From: a virus
Strand: one strand, 5' to 3'
IMG/VR virus record: IMGVR_UViG_3300032053_000011
Span: 64,001 to 128,000 of that record
Length of the DNA stretch: 64,000 nucleotides
Under the pieces are notes generated by a model, which saw only the letters and a program-made list of their open reading frames with translations, made no database searches and was not told the DNA's origin. Of this stretch, positions 27,944 through 37,542 are shown piece by piece. Position 1 is the stretch's first letter, and each line of letters starts with the position of its first letter. Made by a program: the position numbers and the translations under genes.

Positions 27944-28338
27944 GCAAGCTCCTGCGGCTCTACGGGACCTTCAAGATCGAACGCGACCGGTTCGCGCGCG
28001 TCTTCCCGAATGTCGCCCATGCCACGCTGATGGTCTCGCCGCGCGCCTGCTCGCCCGCAAGCCGATGTGTGTGGCGCGACTTCGCCTGGGCGTTTCCAGA
28101 TCATGGTGAAGTGCATCTGTCCCATCGCGTCCTGTCGCTGCCGGTCGAGAATCAGATCGGCCTCATCCGTCACGAACTCGGACACCTCGCTGATGGGCAT
28201 ATTGCGGAGCCATGGGCAGAGCAGCGCGCCGACGATCTCGCCGAGAGAGCTACCGGCGAACGCATCTTCTACGACGCACGCGATCTTCAGACGATTGCGC
28301 GGGGCCAGTACCCGCGGCCCATGCACTTGCACCGGTGA
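27940..28338 (+). CDS. HExxH Zn metallopeptidase (ImmA/IrrE-like or minimal zincin)
   Basis: LIRHELGH...AEQRADDLAE; coupled to the XRE gene. Confidence 0.7.
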   Translation: MSKLLRLYGTFKIERDRFARVFPNVAHATLMVSPRACSPASRCVWRDFAWAFPDHGEVHLSHRVLSLPVENQIGLIRHELGHLADGHIAEPWAEQRADDLAERATGERIFYDARDLQTIARGQYPRPMHLHR

Positions 28339-28406
28339 TTGCGTCGTGAGAGGAACGCGAATGCGCGGGAAGTGTCCGCACTACTCGTGCCGTGTAGACT
28401 GCCGAC

Positions 28407-29444
28407 ATGCACGAGAACCCACCACGGCGGCTCCCAGTGTTCGGCCAGAGCCGTGTCGCGCCCGAAGAGCACGCGCGCGAAGCGGAAGTGTTCGCCCGGC
28501 GAATGGAGCGACGTGAAAAATTCCTGGCCTTCGTTGCCGCACGCGACCTCGCACTGGTAGTGCGCCCGGTCGACCCGTATACCGGCCATGTCCATGAGCC
28601 GTGCATAGTCCCTGTCGGCGGGCCGCTTGTGATGCAGTACGACGACGGCGAAGGCGGCATCAGGACGAGCAGCCCGATCTGGTCCGCCGGTCTCTTCTCG
28701 GACACCACGAAGATGAAGGCGCCGAGCTTCTCTCTTCCGGCCGGACTCCCCTCGGCCGGAGGGACCTGTCCCGCATCCAAGCTGGATGGTGAGCCTGACA
28801 AAGTCTTCATCTGCCACGACTGTTACGCCACCAAGGGCGGATACCAGTGGCCCAGAAATGTCGCGCTGAGCCTCATCCGGCGTGACTGGACCATCTCCGC
28901 GGTGCGCGACAGCAGCTTCGCGCCGGGGATGATTGCTTCCATCGAGACCATCCTCGAGCGACCGCATGACCCACGCTGGGACTCACGCTACTTCCGAGTC
29001 CATGACTCTGGCGACTTCATGGGCAGCGCGGCGTACGTGCGTGCCTGGAACACCGTGGCGGCTCACTTCGTGAAACGCATCATCTTCTGGGCGCCCACCC
29101 GCGACTGGGTGTTCTTCCCCGATCAGGCCCAGACGGCACGGAAGTACGGCAACGTCCGACCGAACCCCGATCTCGCCGCGGCGATGCGAGAGCGCCCAGC
29201 GAACTTCGTGATCCGGCCGAGCGCGCTCCAGGTCGGCGATGCACCGCCGGTCGTGCATGGACTGGACGGCGGAACCAGCGTGGATACCCCGTCCATCCAC
29301 GCCGCGTTCACCACGTGCGGTCCTGCCGCCAAGGGCCACCAGTGCAGTTGCCCGGCGTACGAACGTAGCGTCAACTGCCAGAGCGCAGGATGCCGGACCT
29401 GCTGGATCTTCCCCAAACGCCAAGTCGGTTACAAACAGCACTGA
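28407..29444 (+). CDS. Gp88-like (radical-SAM-related) phage protein
   Basis: SFSLPA...TCP...C..CYA.KG.Y, YFRVHDSGDF, WAPTR, NFVIRPS and CPAY....C...CRTCW. Confidence 0.8.
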   Translation: MHENPPRRLPVFGQSRVAPEEHAREAEVFARRMERREKFLAFVAARDLALVVRPVDPYTGHVHEPCIVPVGGPLVMQYDDGEGGIRTSSPIWSAGLFSDTTKMKAPSFSLPAGLPSAGGTCPASKLDGEPDKVFICHDCYATKGGYQWPRNVALSLIRRDWTISAVRDSSFAPGMIASIETILERPHDPRWDSRYFRVHDSGDFMGSAAYVRAWNTVAAHFVKRIIFWAPTRDWVFFPDQAQTARKYGNVRPNPDLAAAMRERPANFVIRPSALQVGDAPPVVHGLDGGTSVDTPSIHAAFTTCGPAAKGHQCSCPAYERSVNCQSAGCRTCWIFPKRQVGYKQH

Positions 29445-29450
29445 GGTCCC

Positions 29451-30167
29451 ATGACCGGCGCCGATCGACTTCAACAGTTCTACGCACATTTTCTCGCCGA
29501 CGCGCCTGCTGGGCCACCGTTCCCAATGTCATCGGCGGACACGCTCTTCGAGGCATGGCTCGAAGGACACGAGATCGCCCCCGACGACTTCCGCGAGGAG
29601 GACTGGATCGAATTCCTGACGCGCATCGGGATCACCGACTCGCGCGATCAGGATGCCTACCTCACGCGCCTTTCAGAATGGGGAGGCGTCGTTCACGTGG
29701 ATCGGGAGACTGCCGCAGCCGCCGGACAGGTGTACTACGGCATGGTCGCCAATCCGAGTGCTGGATACCCAGCGCCGTACCAAGCCAACATCAGCAAGGT
29801 TGGCTCGCAGAACAGGAACTTCAGACGCGTGCTGCATACCGGGCAGCGCATGCAACTGGTCGTGATGAGTCTTCCGCCTGGGGGCGAGATCGGTGCCGAA
29901 ACGCACGCGCACGTCGAGCAGATGATCTTCGTTCAGAACGGCAAGGGTCGCGCGTGGATCGGCGATTCAGTCCGAACGATCACGACCGGCGATGTCGTCG
30001 TAGTGCCAGCAGGCGCACGGCACAATGTGCAGAACGACGGCAAGGATCCATTGCAGCTCTACACCGTCTACGGTCCGCCCAATCACATCGATGGTCGCGT
30101 GCATGCGACGCGTGCTGATGCCGATGCCGACAACGCTGACGAGGAGTTCGGACGGCAGGTTCGGTAA
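29451..30167 (+). CDS. Cupin-domain protein with acidic N-terminal extension
   Basis: NFRRVLHTG..MQLVVMSL.PGGEIG.ETH..VEQ...PAGARHNV.N....LQLYTVYGPPNH. Confidence 0.85.
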   Translation: MTGADRLQQFYAHFLADAPAGPPFPMSSADTLFEAWLEGHEIAPDDFREEDWIEFLTRIGITDSRDQDAYLTRLSEWGGVVHVDRETAAAAGQVYYGMVANPSAGYPAPYQANISKVGSQNRNFRRVLHTGQRMQLVVMSLPPGGEIGAETHAHVEQMIFVQNGKGRAWIGDSVRTITTGDVVVVPAGARHNVQNDGKDPLQLYTVYGPPNHIDGRVHATRADADADNADEEFGRQVR

Positions 30168-30179
30168 CTGGTATGCAGC

Positions 30180-30779
30180 TCAGCGCTCGCGGAGCGCCTC
30201 TTCGATTCGCTCGCGCTGTGCATGCACCGCTGAAACGAGCTTACGCATCTCCGCCTCGGTCGCCTCGATTCGTTGCTGATCGGTTCGCGCCTGACTCTCC
30301 GCCTGTGCTCGGACGCGATCCAGTTCGCGCCTGAGCATGGCGTTGTCGTTCTTGGCCCACTTGGCCATCGCTTGAATGATCGTCTTCGTGCGGACGTCGG
30401 GCCGCTCGATCTTGTCGAGATCGATCCGTAGCTCGCGCGCGCAGTCCTCGATGTTGGCCGTTGGATCACCATCAAGAGACGACGAAATCGGTGGTCGTTC
30501 ATACTTGCAGTTCCCGCAATCGATCCAGTCGGCAGGTCTGGGAACGTGCGGCTCACAGCCGCACTTCCATGTTCCGCTCTCGCACCACGTTCCGACCTTC
30601 GCTGCTTCCCTGGTCGCGACACGCTCTGGATACGCGTCGTCCAATCGCTGCCGTGCCGCAGGATCCCCCGGCATGAAGTGCCGATCGCAGGCATAGGATC
30701 CGCCGCAGTCGGTGCACGACGCGTTGAATCCGGCGTCTACTTCCCGCTGTTGAGTACCGTCACCGCGGTTCCCCATCAT
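30180..30779 (-). CDS. Cys-rich Zn-binding + coiled-coil hypothetical protein
   Basis: CTDC...C..H, WKCGC...CGNC; helical C-terminus. Confidence 0.55.
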   Translation of the reverse strand: MMGNRGDGTQQREVDAGFNASCTDCGGSYACDRHFMPGDPAARQRLDDAYPERVATREAAKVGTWCESGTWKCGCEPHVPRPADWIDCGNCKYERPPISSSLDGDPTANIEDCARELRIDLDKIERPDVRTKTIIQAMAKWAKNDNAMLRRELDRVRAQAESQARTDQQRIEATEAEMRKLVSAVHAQRERIEEALRER

Positions 30780-31246
30780 GGCCTCACGACTCGGCGAGCG
30801 GCATGATGAACGGCACAACACGACTGGCCGTGAACCGCGTCATTCTCGCAGTCCAGAACGGCGCACGGAGGAGCATCGGAGATCGCGCGACTCAGCACAG
30901 CGATCACCTCGAGATGCGAATGCGTGTCATTGTAGAGTCCGATTTGAGCATCGCTCTTCTTGCGCGACACAAACTCGATGTGGGTCAACAATATGACCAA
31001 CGCATGGATCTCGGCGCGGCGCGTTGGCGCCACGCGCTGGACCGCGCCACGAAGGCACCAGCATGCGGCGCGGGGATCGCTCACGCCGACTGATACACCG
31101 TCGCTGCTCCGAGCATATGCAACCTGGGACCAGCATCCAGGCGGCGAGATCAGATCACGTGCATCGCGCAGAACTCCGATGGCCAACGTGCGTTCCTCGG
31201 CGTTCATCGGCTTCCGGTCCTCAACATTGTAGAGAAACTCGGTCAT
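30776..31246 (-). CDS. DUF6197-like phage protein
   Basis: LRDARDLI....W.Q..Y, WCLRGAV and YND..SH.EVIAVL.RAI. Confidence 0.65.
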   Translation of the reverse strand: MTEFLYNVEDRKPMNAEERTLAIGVLRDARDLISPPGCWSQVAYARSSDGVSVGVSDPRAACWCLRGAVQRVAPTRRAEIHALVILLTHIEFVSRKKSDAQIGLYNDTHSHLEVIAVLSRAISDAPPCAVLDCENDAVHGQSCCAVHHAARRVVRP

Positions 31247-31677
31247 CGCGAAGCCTCAAGCGGTCCGATGGGTCGAATGGCACCGCAACGCGGACACCGG
31301 TCGACGGCAGCCCCCACGACGCGCGCAAGATCACCATCGCAATGGCAGCACCAGAACTCTCCCTCCGCACCTACGATCCATATCCCGGCCACTGTTGCTT
31401 CTGCGGCCGAGTCATCGCCGCAGTGCGGACATGACCCGACTGAAGATCCGAAGCCGTCCGGGTGCGAGCACAGCGCGATGCGCAGAACGCCGGTGATCTG
31501 GGCGAGCGTCGATCGCACGGATAACAGATCCATCCAGTCGGGATCCTCTGCTGACGCCGCGAACGCCGCCACATCGCGGTCGCATTCGGCCAGCATGGCG
31601 AGGGCCTTCTCGCATGCCTTACGCACCGACGTTTCGAGAACAGCCGCGGGAGATGCCGATGGCGCGTCAGCGTCCAT
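31243..31677 (-). CDS. Hypothetical Zn-ribbon protein
   Basis: CPHCG, CCHC and CPRCG. Confidence 0.5.
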   Translation of the reverse strand: MDADAPSASPAAVLETSVRKACEKALAMLAECDRDVAAFAASAEDPDWMDLLSVRSTLAQITGVLRIALCSHPDGFGSSVGSCPHCGDDSAAEATVAGIWIVGAEGEFWCCHCDGDLARVVGAAVDRCPRCGAIRPIGPLEASR

Positions 31678-32146
31678 TGCTACCCACCGCGATCCGCGGC
31701 CGTGCCGCTCGTGGCGCCTTCGCCGGTGTGCGCGCCGGATCACGCGCAGCCTTCGCACTCTTCACAGCGTCCTTCACCGCCGCCGCGGGCGCGGCTTTGT
31801 TTCGTGGTCGTCCACGAACGCGTGGATACTCGCGAGCGAGATCGTCCAAGCCGAGCCCCCGTGGATCGCTCAAGGGCAGCAGCCAGTAATGCAGCACGCG
31901 CTGTGAGACCTTCAACATGCGCGCGCTCTGATCCCTGTTGCCAGCATGCGTCTCGAGCGCCGCGCGAACGGCCGCACGAACGAGTTCCAGCGACGGAGCA
32001 TGACCAGACCGCGCGAACCGGGCCAAGACCGCCAGCTTGACCGGGATGACCGGGGCGGTCTTCGTCGCGTGCCGTTCCTTGTGGGAGCTCTCGCTGATGT
32101 GCTCGAAAGCACCGCCCGTCCTTGCACAAAAAACACAGCCGTTCAT
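31667..32146 (-). CDS. Fis-type HTH protein with basic Ala/Lys tail
   Basis: VRAALETHAGNRDQSARMLKVSQRVLHYWL; RGRPR AT-hook-like motif; start uncertain. Confidence 0.7.
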   Translation of the reverse strand: MNGCVFCARTGGAFEHISESSHKERHATKTAPVIPVKLAVLARFARSGHAPSLELVRAAVRAALETHAGNRDQSARMLKVSQRVLHYWLLPLSDPRGLGLDDLAREYPRVRGRPRNKAAPAAAVKDAVKSAKAARDPARTPAKAPRAARPRIAVGSNGR

Positions 32147-32154
32147 GGCCGAAC

Positions 32155-32184
32155 ACCATAACGCACGGGGCGTGCGGCTGTCAC
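32155..32184 (-). promoter_or_regulatory. Promoter with operator B copy (CGCACG-GGG-CGTGCG)
   Basis: Minus strand GTGACA-N18-TATGGT; palindrome 32162-32176 in the spacer. Confidence 0.6.
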
Positions 32185-32233
32185 CGCAATGCGGACCGTC
32201 CGAGTACCGATCGTACTCGGACGGCATGCCCGC

Positions 32234-33793
32234 CTACTCGACATCGAGCGCTGCACTGCGCCCGCCGGAGCGCTCGGCTGCCTCGGGGGTGCTTGCCGGT
32301 CGCGCACGGCCCTTTGCCCAGGTTCGGAGCACCTCGAGCTTCTCGCTCGCGCTCTTGCTCTGCGGCACGACGTTCTTCGCGGCCTCGAGCAGGTCGGCCG
32401 AGGTGATCGCACGCTCGTTCTCGGCGAACGCCACGAACAGCGCATCGGGCACCAGGGCAGACAGCTCTGCGCCGGTGAATCCTGCGGTGGCGCGCGCGAC
32501 GCTGTCGATCTGGGCGTCCGGCGCGCGATCGTACTGACGAAGCGACGACGCCAGGATGGCGCTGCGCTCCACCGCGGTCGGCAGATCGAGGAAGAACACC
32601 TCGTCGAAGCGGCCCTTGCGCATTAGCTCGGGCGGCAGCGCGCGAACGTCGTTGGCGGTCGCGATCACGAAGACCGAACCGACCCGCTCTTGCATCCAAG
32701 ACAGTACCGCGCCAAGTGCATCGGCCGCCACGCCGCCGTCGCCCTGGGGCGAGGTGCTGCCGCCGAGCGCCTTCTCGATCTCGTCGAGCCAGAGCACGCA
32801 GGGGCTGACTGCTTCGGCCACCTGGAGCGCCTTGCGGATGTTGGCCTCCGACTCGCCGACCCACTTCGACTTGAGCGCGCCCATGTCCAGGCGCAAGAGC
32901 GGCATGCCCCAGGCGCTGGCGATGCACTTCGCCACGAGGCTCTTGCCGGTCCCGGGCGGACCGATCAGGAGCGCGCCCTTCGGCGCGGGCAGACCGAAGG
33001 CACGTGCGCGCGGCGAGAATGCCTGCTTGCGCGCGGAGAGCCAGTTCTTGAGCAGGTCCAGGCCGCCGACGGCCTCCATGCCGCGCGGATCCGGCTCGTG
33101 CCACGTAAGGACCTTCTCGCGAGCGATCACACGGCGCTTCTCAGCGCTGACGATCGCGGGATCGATCTTCTTGAGCGTGACGAGCGAACGTGCGTAGCAG
33201 TTGGCGGCTTCCTCCGAGGTGAGACCGACCGCCGCGTCGATCGCGGCCTCGCGGATCGGACCATCGGCGACCTTGTCGCGGATCTTCTCGGGGAGCGCCT
33301 CGATCACGTCCGAAAGAATCTGCGCGACCTCGGCACGGTCGGGGAGCGGATACTCGATCACCGTAGTATGGCCGGATAGCTCGGGCGGGACATCGCCGCT
33401 CGGCGTGAGGACGATGATCGTGCGGGCCACGTCGGAAGGCGCGCTTTGAAGCGACCGCGCGAGTGAACGTACGCCGCGCAGGACGACGGGATCCAACCAC
33501 TTGTGCAAGTCGCGCAGGACGTAGACACAACGCTCTTTGCTATCCCGGATGTAGTCGAGGACGGCGCTCGGGTCCTTGTCGCCAGAGACCTCCTCGCCCT
33601 CGAGGTCGGTGAGGCCAGTGGCGCAATCCCAGAACCGGGTCTCGTACTTCGCAACCGCGCACGCATCGGCGATCGCGCGTTCGACGCGCACTTCCTCGCG
33701 GGTGACGATCCACAACAGCGTGTTGCGCGCCTTGAGGAGCGCGGTGATGTCTGCGTTGGTCTTCTGTCCGCGGGTCTGGGTCTCGGTGGCCAT
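32234..33793 (-). CDS. Ycf46-like AAA+ ATPase
   Basis: LWIVTREEVR, VGGLDLLKNWL, GPPGTGKSL, WVGESEANIR, WLDEIEK and RKGRFDEVFFLDLP. Confidence 0.9.
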   Translation of the reverse strand: MATETQTRGQKTNADITALLKARNTLLWIVTREEVRVERAIADACAVAKYETRFWDCATGLTDLEGEEVSGDKDPSAVLDYIRDSKERCVYVLRDLHKWLDPVVLRGVRSLARSLQSAPSDVARTIIVLTPSGDVPPELSGHTTVIEYPLPDRAEVAQILSDVIEALPEKIRDKVADGPIREAAIDAAVGLTSEEAANCYARSLVTLKKIDPAIVSAEKRRVIAREKVLTWHEPDPRGMEAVGGLDLLKNWLSARKQAFSPRARAFGLPAPKGALLIGPPGTGKSLVAKCIASAWGMPLLRLDMGALKSKWVGESEANIRKALQVAEAVSPCVLWLDEIEKALGGSTSPQGDGGVAADALGAVLSWMQERVGSVFVIATANDVRALPPELMRKGRFDEVFFLDLPTAVERSAILASSLRQYDRAPDAQIDSVARATAGFTGAELSALVPDALFVAFAENERAITSADLLEAAKNVVPQSKSASEKLEVLRTWAKGRARPASTPEAAERSGGRSAALDVE

Positions 33794-33832
33794 GTGAGAA
33801 ACTCCTTGCCGGGGTCCGATCCCGACTCCCAG

Positions 33833-33861
33833 AGAATAGTGCACGGGCCGTGCGTCGTCAA
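33833..33861 (-). promoter_or_regulatory. Sigma70-type promoter with operator B (GCACGG-G-CCGTGC)
   Basis: Minus strand TTGACG-N17-TATTCT; palindrome 33841-33853 in the spacer. Confidence 0.8.
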
Positions 33862-33865
33862 GCCA

Positions 33866-34078
33866 TTACGAGCGTTTTCGAATACGCCGGTTCGGAATGA
33901 TCGTTTCCGTGCGGATTCCCCACTTGTCTTTCACGTGGTGCCAGCCTGGGAAAGCACGGGATGGCGCCACGTAGGTACCCGGCTCCCAGCTATTCAGCGT
34001 GATCGGCGGCGGCGGGTTCGCCCGGATGAACTCGATGGGATCGCCCTCGAGAAACGCCTTCACGAATGGCTTTCTCAC
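33866..34078 (-). CDS. Small hypothetical protein
   Basis: GTG 34078 coupled to the RNB gene stop. Confidence 0.5.
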   Translation of the reverse strand: MRKPFVKAFLEGDPIEFIRANPPPPITLNSWEPGTYVAPSRAFPGWHHVKDKWGIRTETIIPNRRIRKRS

Positions 34079-35895
34079 CGGCCGTCGCCGAGCACTCGGA
34101 TCATCTCGATCGCCGCGCCGCGCTTCGCGTCGATCTTGCTTCCGGCCCGGGCGTGGACAATCAGCTCGCGCACCTTGCACGCGCAGAGCATCACCGGAAT
34201 GTGCGGTGGACCGCTGACCTCGAACGTGTACGACGGCATCACGTTCTCGATCTGGCACCATTCCTGGAGTGTGGAGATGGGGTCCTTCGAGGGGTTCAAG
34301 GTCGGCACCGGCGCAGCGACGGGGACAGGCGCCGTCGGGCTCACCGGCGGACGCTCCATGTCCGCCTGGGGCACTGGCACGCCCGCCATGTTCGCGAGAA
34401 TGGCAACCGTCGCCAACTGCTCCGCGCGTTTCTTCTGCTTGGCACTGGCCTTCCCAGTCCACACAACACCGTCGATCGACACCGACGCAACGACCTCGAA
34501 CACCGGCACGGTACCGGGCGCGGTACTAGTGAGTTCGTATTGCGGCACGGTCCATCTCGGATCGAGCGACGCCGCCTGTGCGAGAGCGCTCACCGCATCC
34601 TCCGGGCGCTGAGCCAGCGCTGCGATGATGGCGGCGCGCATGGGCCGCCACGCATCGGTCATCGGCGCCTGCGTCAGGACGACCGTCATCGCCAAGAGTG
34701 GGGTCTTGTTCTCTCTGGTGCGAAGCAGGAACGCATCGGCGAACGCCGCGGACGGGTCGAGACCAGACCGGGCCTCGACCTTCGTCACTCGCTCGAAATC
34801 CTTGTGCGCGAGGCCATCGATCTGCCGAGCACCGATCGCGCGCGCGGCCTTCTGCTCGCTCTTCTCTTTCATCGCTCGAGATGTGGCAGCGTCCTCCGCC
34901 TTCATCACCGTCGCGATGTGCTCGGCGAACACCGTCATCTGATCCTTCGCGTAGAAGTGCGTGCCGTCTTTCAGCGCTCGGCGGATCTGGCGATGGTTGA
35001 TCAGATCCGCGTATCGTCGAATGGGAGAGGTGAAGTGCGTGTAGACCGGAAGGTTCAGCCCATAGTGGCCGAGCACCGAGCCGCCGTAAGATGCGCGGTC
35101 GAGCAGCAGATGCGTACGCTGACGGAGGGCATCGAGTCCCTGGAGCGGCGCAGTGATGGCGCCGCCGAGCTGTCGTTGTAACTCCGCCCGGTCAGGCGCC
35201 GCCGCGCGCGCGACGTGGTTGCGAAATAGGATCGGGATGTCTTGATCCACAGCCCAACGAGCGATCGCGCTGTTCGCGAGGATCATCAGCTCCTGGATGA
35301 GGATGTATCCGACGGTGGCGTCATGGCTCTCGATCCGTCGAAGGAATCCCTCCTCGCTGGCCACCCAGCCGTTGTTGAGGTCGTACAGGACGAAGGCTCC
35401 ATCCAACCGGCGCTTGTCGAGCAACGCTCGCGTGAGCGACGCCGCGGAGATCAACATGGCGCGATACGGCGGATCCATCTCTCCATTCAGGATCGCTGGG
35501 ATCTCTCGATAGGTGAGCTTCGCAAGGCTGACCAGGATCTCGTGCGACACGGTCACGTCTGTGTTCGTGAGGCTTTCTTTGTCGACGGCGATCGTCACCG
35601 CCAGCACGCGACGTTTCTGTCCAGGCCACAGCGAGATGTCCCCCTCACTCAGATCACGCCGAAGCATCGGGCTATTCCCCGAAGCGAAGTACCGCGTCTC
35701 GGCCATCACGCGCGCGCGCAGATCATCTTCGTCGCCATCCTTGACGAACGCAGCGACGTCCGCGATCGAAACGGTCACCTTCCATGCCGTCGCAGTCTCC
35801 TCGACCCAGATCGCATCGTCGATGTCGCGTGTCGAAGCGTCGTCGATCGTCAGCCCAGAGATCGTTGGCTCCCCATATACTTTCTCGGTCTTCAT
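34075..35895 (-). CDS. RNase II/R catalytic (RNB) domain fused to two dsRNA-binding domains
   Basis: TIDDASTRDIDDA, SIADVA, LIQELMILAN and HYGL....YTHFTSPIRRYADLINHRQI. dsRBD1: DAVSALAQ...P.YE...PVFEV...KQKKRAEQLA. dsRBD2: DPISTLQEWCQ....P.Y....SGPPHIP...SKIDAKRGAA. ATG 35895 is coupled to the upstream stop. Confidence 0.9.
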   Translation of the reverse strand: MKTEKVYGEPTISGLTIDDASTRDIDDAIWVEETATAWKVTVSIADVAAFVKDGDEDDLRARVMAETRYFASGNSPMLRRDLSEGDISLWPGQKRRVLAVTIAVDKESLTNTDVTVSHEILVSLAKLTYREIPAILNGEMDPPYRAMLISAASLTRALLDKRRLDGAFVLYDLNNGWVASEEGFLRRIESHDATVGYILIQELMILANSAIARWAVDQDIPILFRNHVARAAAPDRAELQRQLGGAITAPLQGLDALRQRTHLLLDRASYGGSVLGHYGLNLPVYTHFTSPIRRYADLINHRQIRRALKDGTHFYAKDQMTVFAEHIATVMKAEDAATSRAMKEKSEQKAARAIGARQIDGLAHKDFERVTKVEARSGLDPSAAFADAFLLRTRENKTPLLAMTVVLTQAPMTDAWRPMRAAIIAALAQRPEDAVSALAQAASLDPRWTVPQYELTSTAPGTVPVFEVVASVSIDGVVWTGKASAKQKKRAEQLATVAILANMAGVPVPQADMERPPVSPTAPVPVAAPVPTLNPSKDPISTLQEWCQIENVMPSYTFEVSGPPHIPVMLCACKVRELIVHARAGSKIDAKRGAAIEMIRVLGDGR

Positions 35896-37346
35896 GACTT
35901 CTCCTGGTACAGCGACACATGAACGAGCCCTGCGGATGGGCAGATGGAAACTCTGGTGCCAGCGGGGTATCGCGTACACGCTTTCGGCACGAGTACGATC
36001 GGGATGTTGCGCTCGAGCGCCACCTGGGCGAGATGAGCCAACGCGCCTCCGGCTTCGGTGATCACGCCCTTCGCAGACAGGAGAGACTCGAGCCGGTCTG
36101 GATGCAGATCGGGCAGAACGATGATGTCCGTCCCAACGACGCCGTAGACGTCTGCGCCGCCAACGAGCACGGCACACTCGAAGTTGCCGAGCCGTTCCTG
36201 GAGCTCGTACATCGTGTGGTCCGCGCCCTTGCAGACCTCGGAATCGGGGTTGTAGGCGTCTTCGATCGGGAGTCCCGCGCCGAGCCACCAATCCGTGTGG
36301 TACGGATCATCGTTTGTCATCTTCGTTCCAGAATGGGCGACACACTTCCATGCCGGAGCGAGGTGGCGCAGCGAGGTTCGGTGGAGTGCCCAGTTCATGA
36401 ACGGCGCACGCGGAACCGAAGCCACCACCTTGCCGCCCTCGGTGGTCACGTCGAGCATGTCGCCATTCGCACGCTCGATGACGCCGAGGCGAATGCGGTC
36501 GAGTTCGGCACGGTACTCCACCTCTTGCGCGTCTTCGCGTAGCGCTCGTTCCATGGCCACCGCGGACCGCGACGGCCGCGGCAGCTCTTCGTCCGAGTCC
36601 TCATCAGGTACTGACCTCGCGCGGTCGCCACAGCGTGCGCTCCAGCCCTCTTTGGTGAGCGTGCGGCCAGCGGCGAGAAAGTCGGCGAGCGCCTTCGTCG
36701 GCGTCGTGTTCTCGGTCCACCACACCGGTGGTTCGCCGCATGCCTCGAAGATGATGCAAGCTTCCCATGGGTCACGATCGGGGCGGTCGACTCGGCAGAC
36801 GCGATCGCCTTCCCCTGCATAGAACGAGACACGATCGTCGTAACCACGCTCTGTGATACCGCGTGTGCGGACACGTCTCGAGTTCGCGTGATCGGCATCG
36901 TCCGGGCCCAAGTCCATCACCTCCGCGCTCGGCCGCCACCATGTCCCGTCGATGCGGATGCGTCCCGCATAGAGGTATCGGACCTGCGCGATGTACTCGA
37001 GGTCATCGTCATCGGCGGCGTCCATGCCCGTCTCGTCCCCGACCAACTTCTGTCTGCCGTCGAGTAGCTCCGAAGCAACATGCTCCGCGGCGCCGGGCGG
37101 GCCGCCACCGAGGCCATCGACGATCAGACGCCATGCCTTTCCGGGCATGTCAGATAGGAAGATGTCGCGCGCCGCGCGGGTGAGATACTCGCCCGAGATG
37201 CGGAAGTGCGTGACCCCGCACCTGCGCTCAGCGGGCTCCGCTGTTTCCTGGCGCGCTACCGACGTCTTGTTCTTCTTCGTTCGCATTCGTATCCCCTGGT
37301 CGATTGTCTGCGCGCCCGTGGCTCCGCGATCGGAGCGCGAACTCAT
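35892..37346 (-). CDS. Unknown N-terminal region + PEP-utilising enzyme mobile (phospho-His swivel) domain
   Basis: IIVLPDLHPD......AKGVITEAGGALAHLAQVALERNIP...G.RV.I....G.V. Confidence 0.75.
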   Translation of the reverse strand: MSSRSDRGATGAQTIDQGIRMRTKKNKTSVARQETAEPAERRCGVTHFRISGEYLTRAARDIFLSDMPGKAWRLIVDGLGGGPPGAAEHVASELLDGRQKLVGDETGMDAADDDDLEYIAQVRYLYAGRIRIDGTWWRPSAEVMDLGPDDADHANSRRVRTRGITERGYDDRVSFYAGEGDRVCRVDRPDRDPWEACIIFEACGEPPVWWTENTTPTKALADFLAAGRTLTKEGWSARCGDRARSVPDEDSDEELPRPSRSAVAMERALREDAQEVEYRAELDRIRLGVIERANGDMLDVTTEGGKVVASVPRAPFMNWALHRTSLRHLAPAWKCVAHSGTKMTNDDPYHTDWWLGAGLPIEDAYNPDSEVCKGADHTMYELQERLGNFECAVLVGGADVYGVVGTDIIVLPDLHPDRLESLLSAKGVITEAGGALAHLAQVALERNIPIVLVPKACTRYPAGTRVSICPSAGLVHVSLYQEKS

Positions 37347-37537
37347 CGTCCGAGCGTCATCCCCATGGACATGGCGCCCCGGAGTGAGCTGGCCTCGCCG
37401 CTGAAGACCTCGGTGCCATCCTTGAGTGCCCAGACACGAAATCGCTCATGGCCAACCTGCGTCGCAACGACGACGTAGGGACCCGATTCGTAGCGATCCA
37501 TCAGCTTTGATCTCGCCTTTCGGCTTTGGCTGTTCAT
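37343..37537 (-). CDS. Small hypothetical protein
   Basis: RBS and ATGA coupling. Confidence 0.45.
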   Translation of the reverse strand: MNSQSRKARSKLMDRYESGPYVVVATQVGHERFRVWALKDGTEVFSGEASSLRGAMSMGMTLGR

Positions 37538-37542
37538 GTCTT

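Noticed and set aside
35896-36291. Extra N-terminal domain on the RNB protein
   Set aside because: Overlaps the swivel-domain gene in another frame; ATG 35895 has an RBS (AGGAG) and stop-start coupling.
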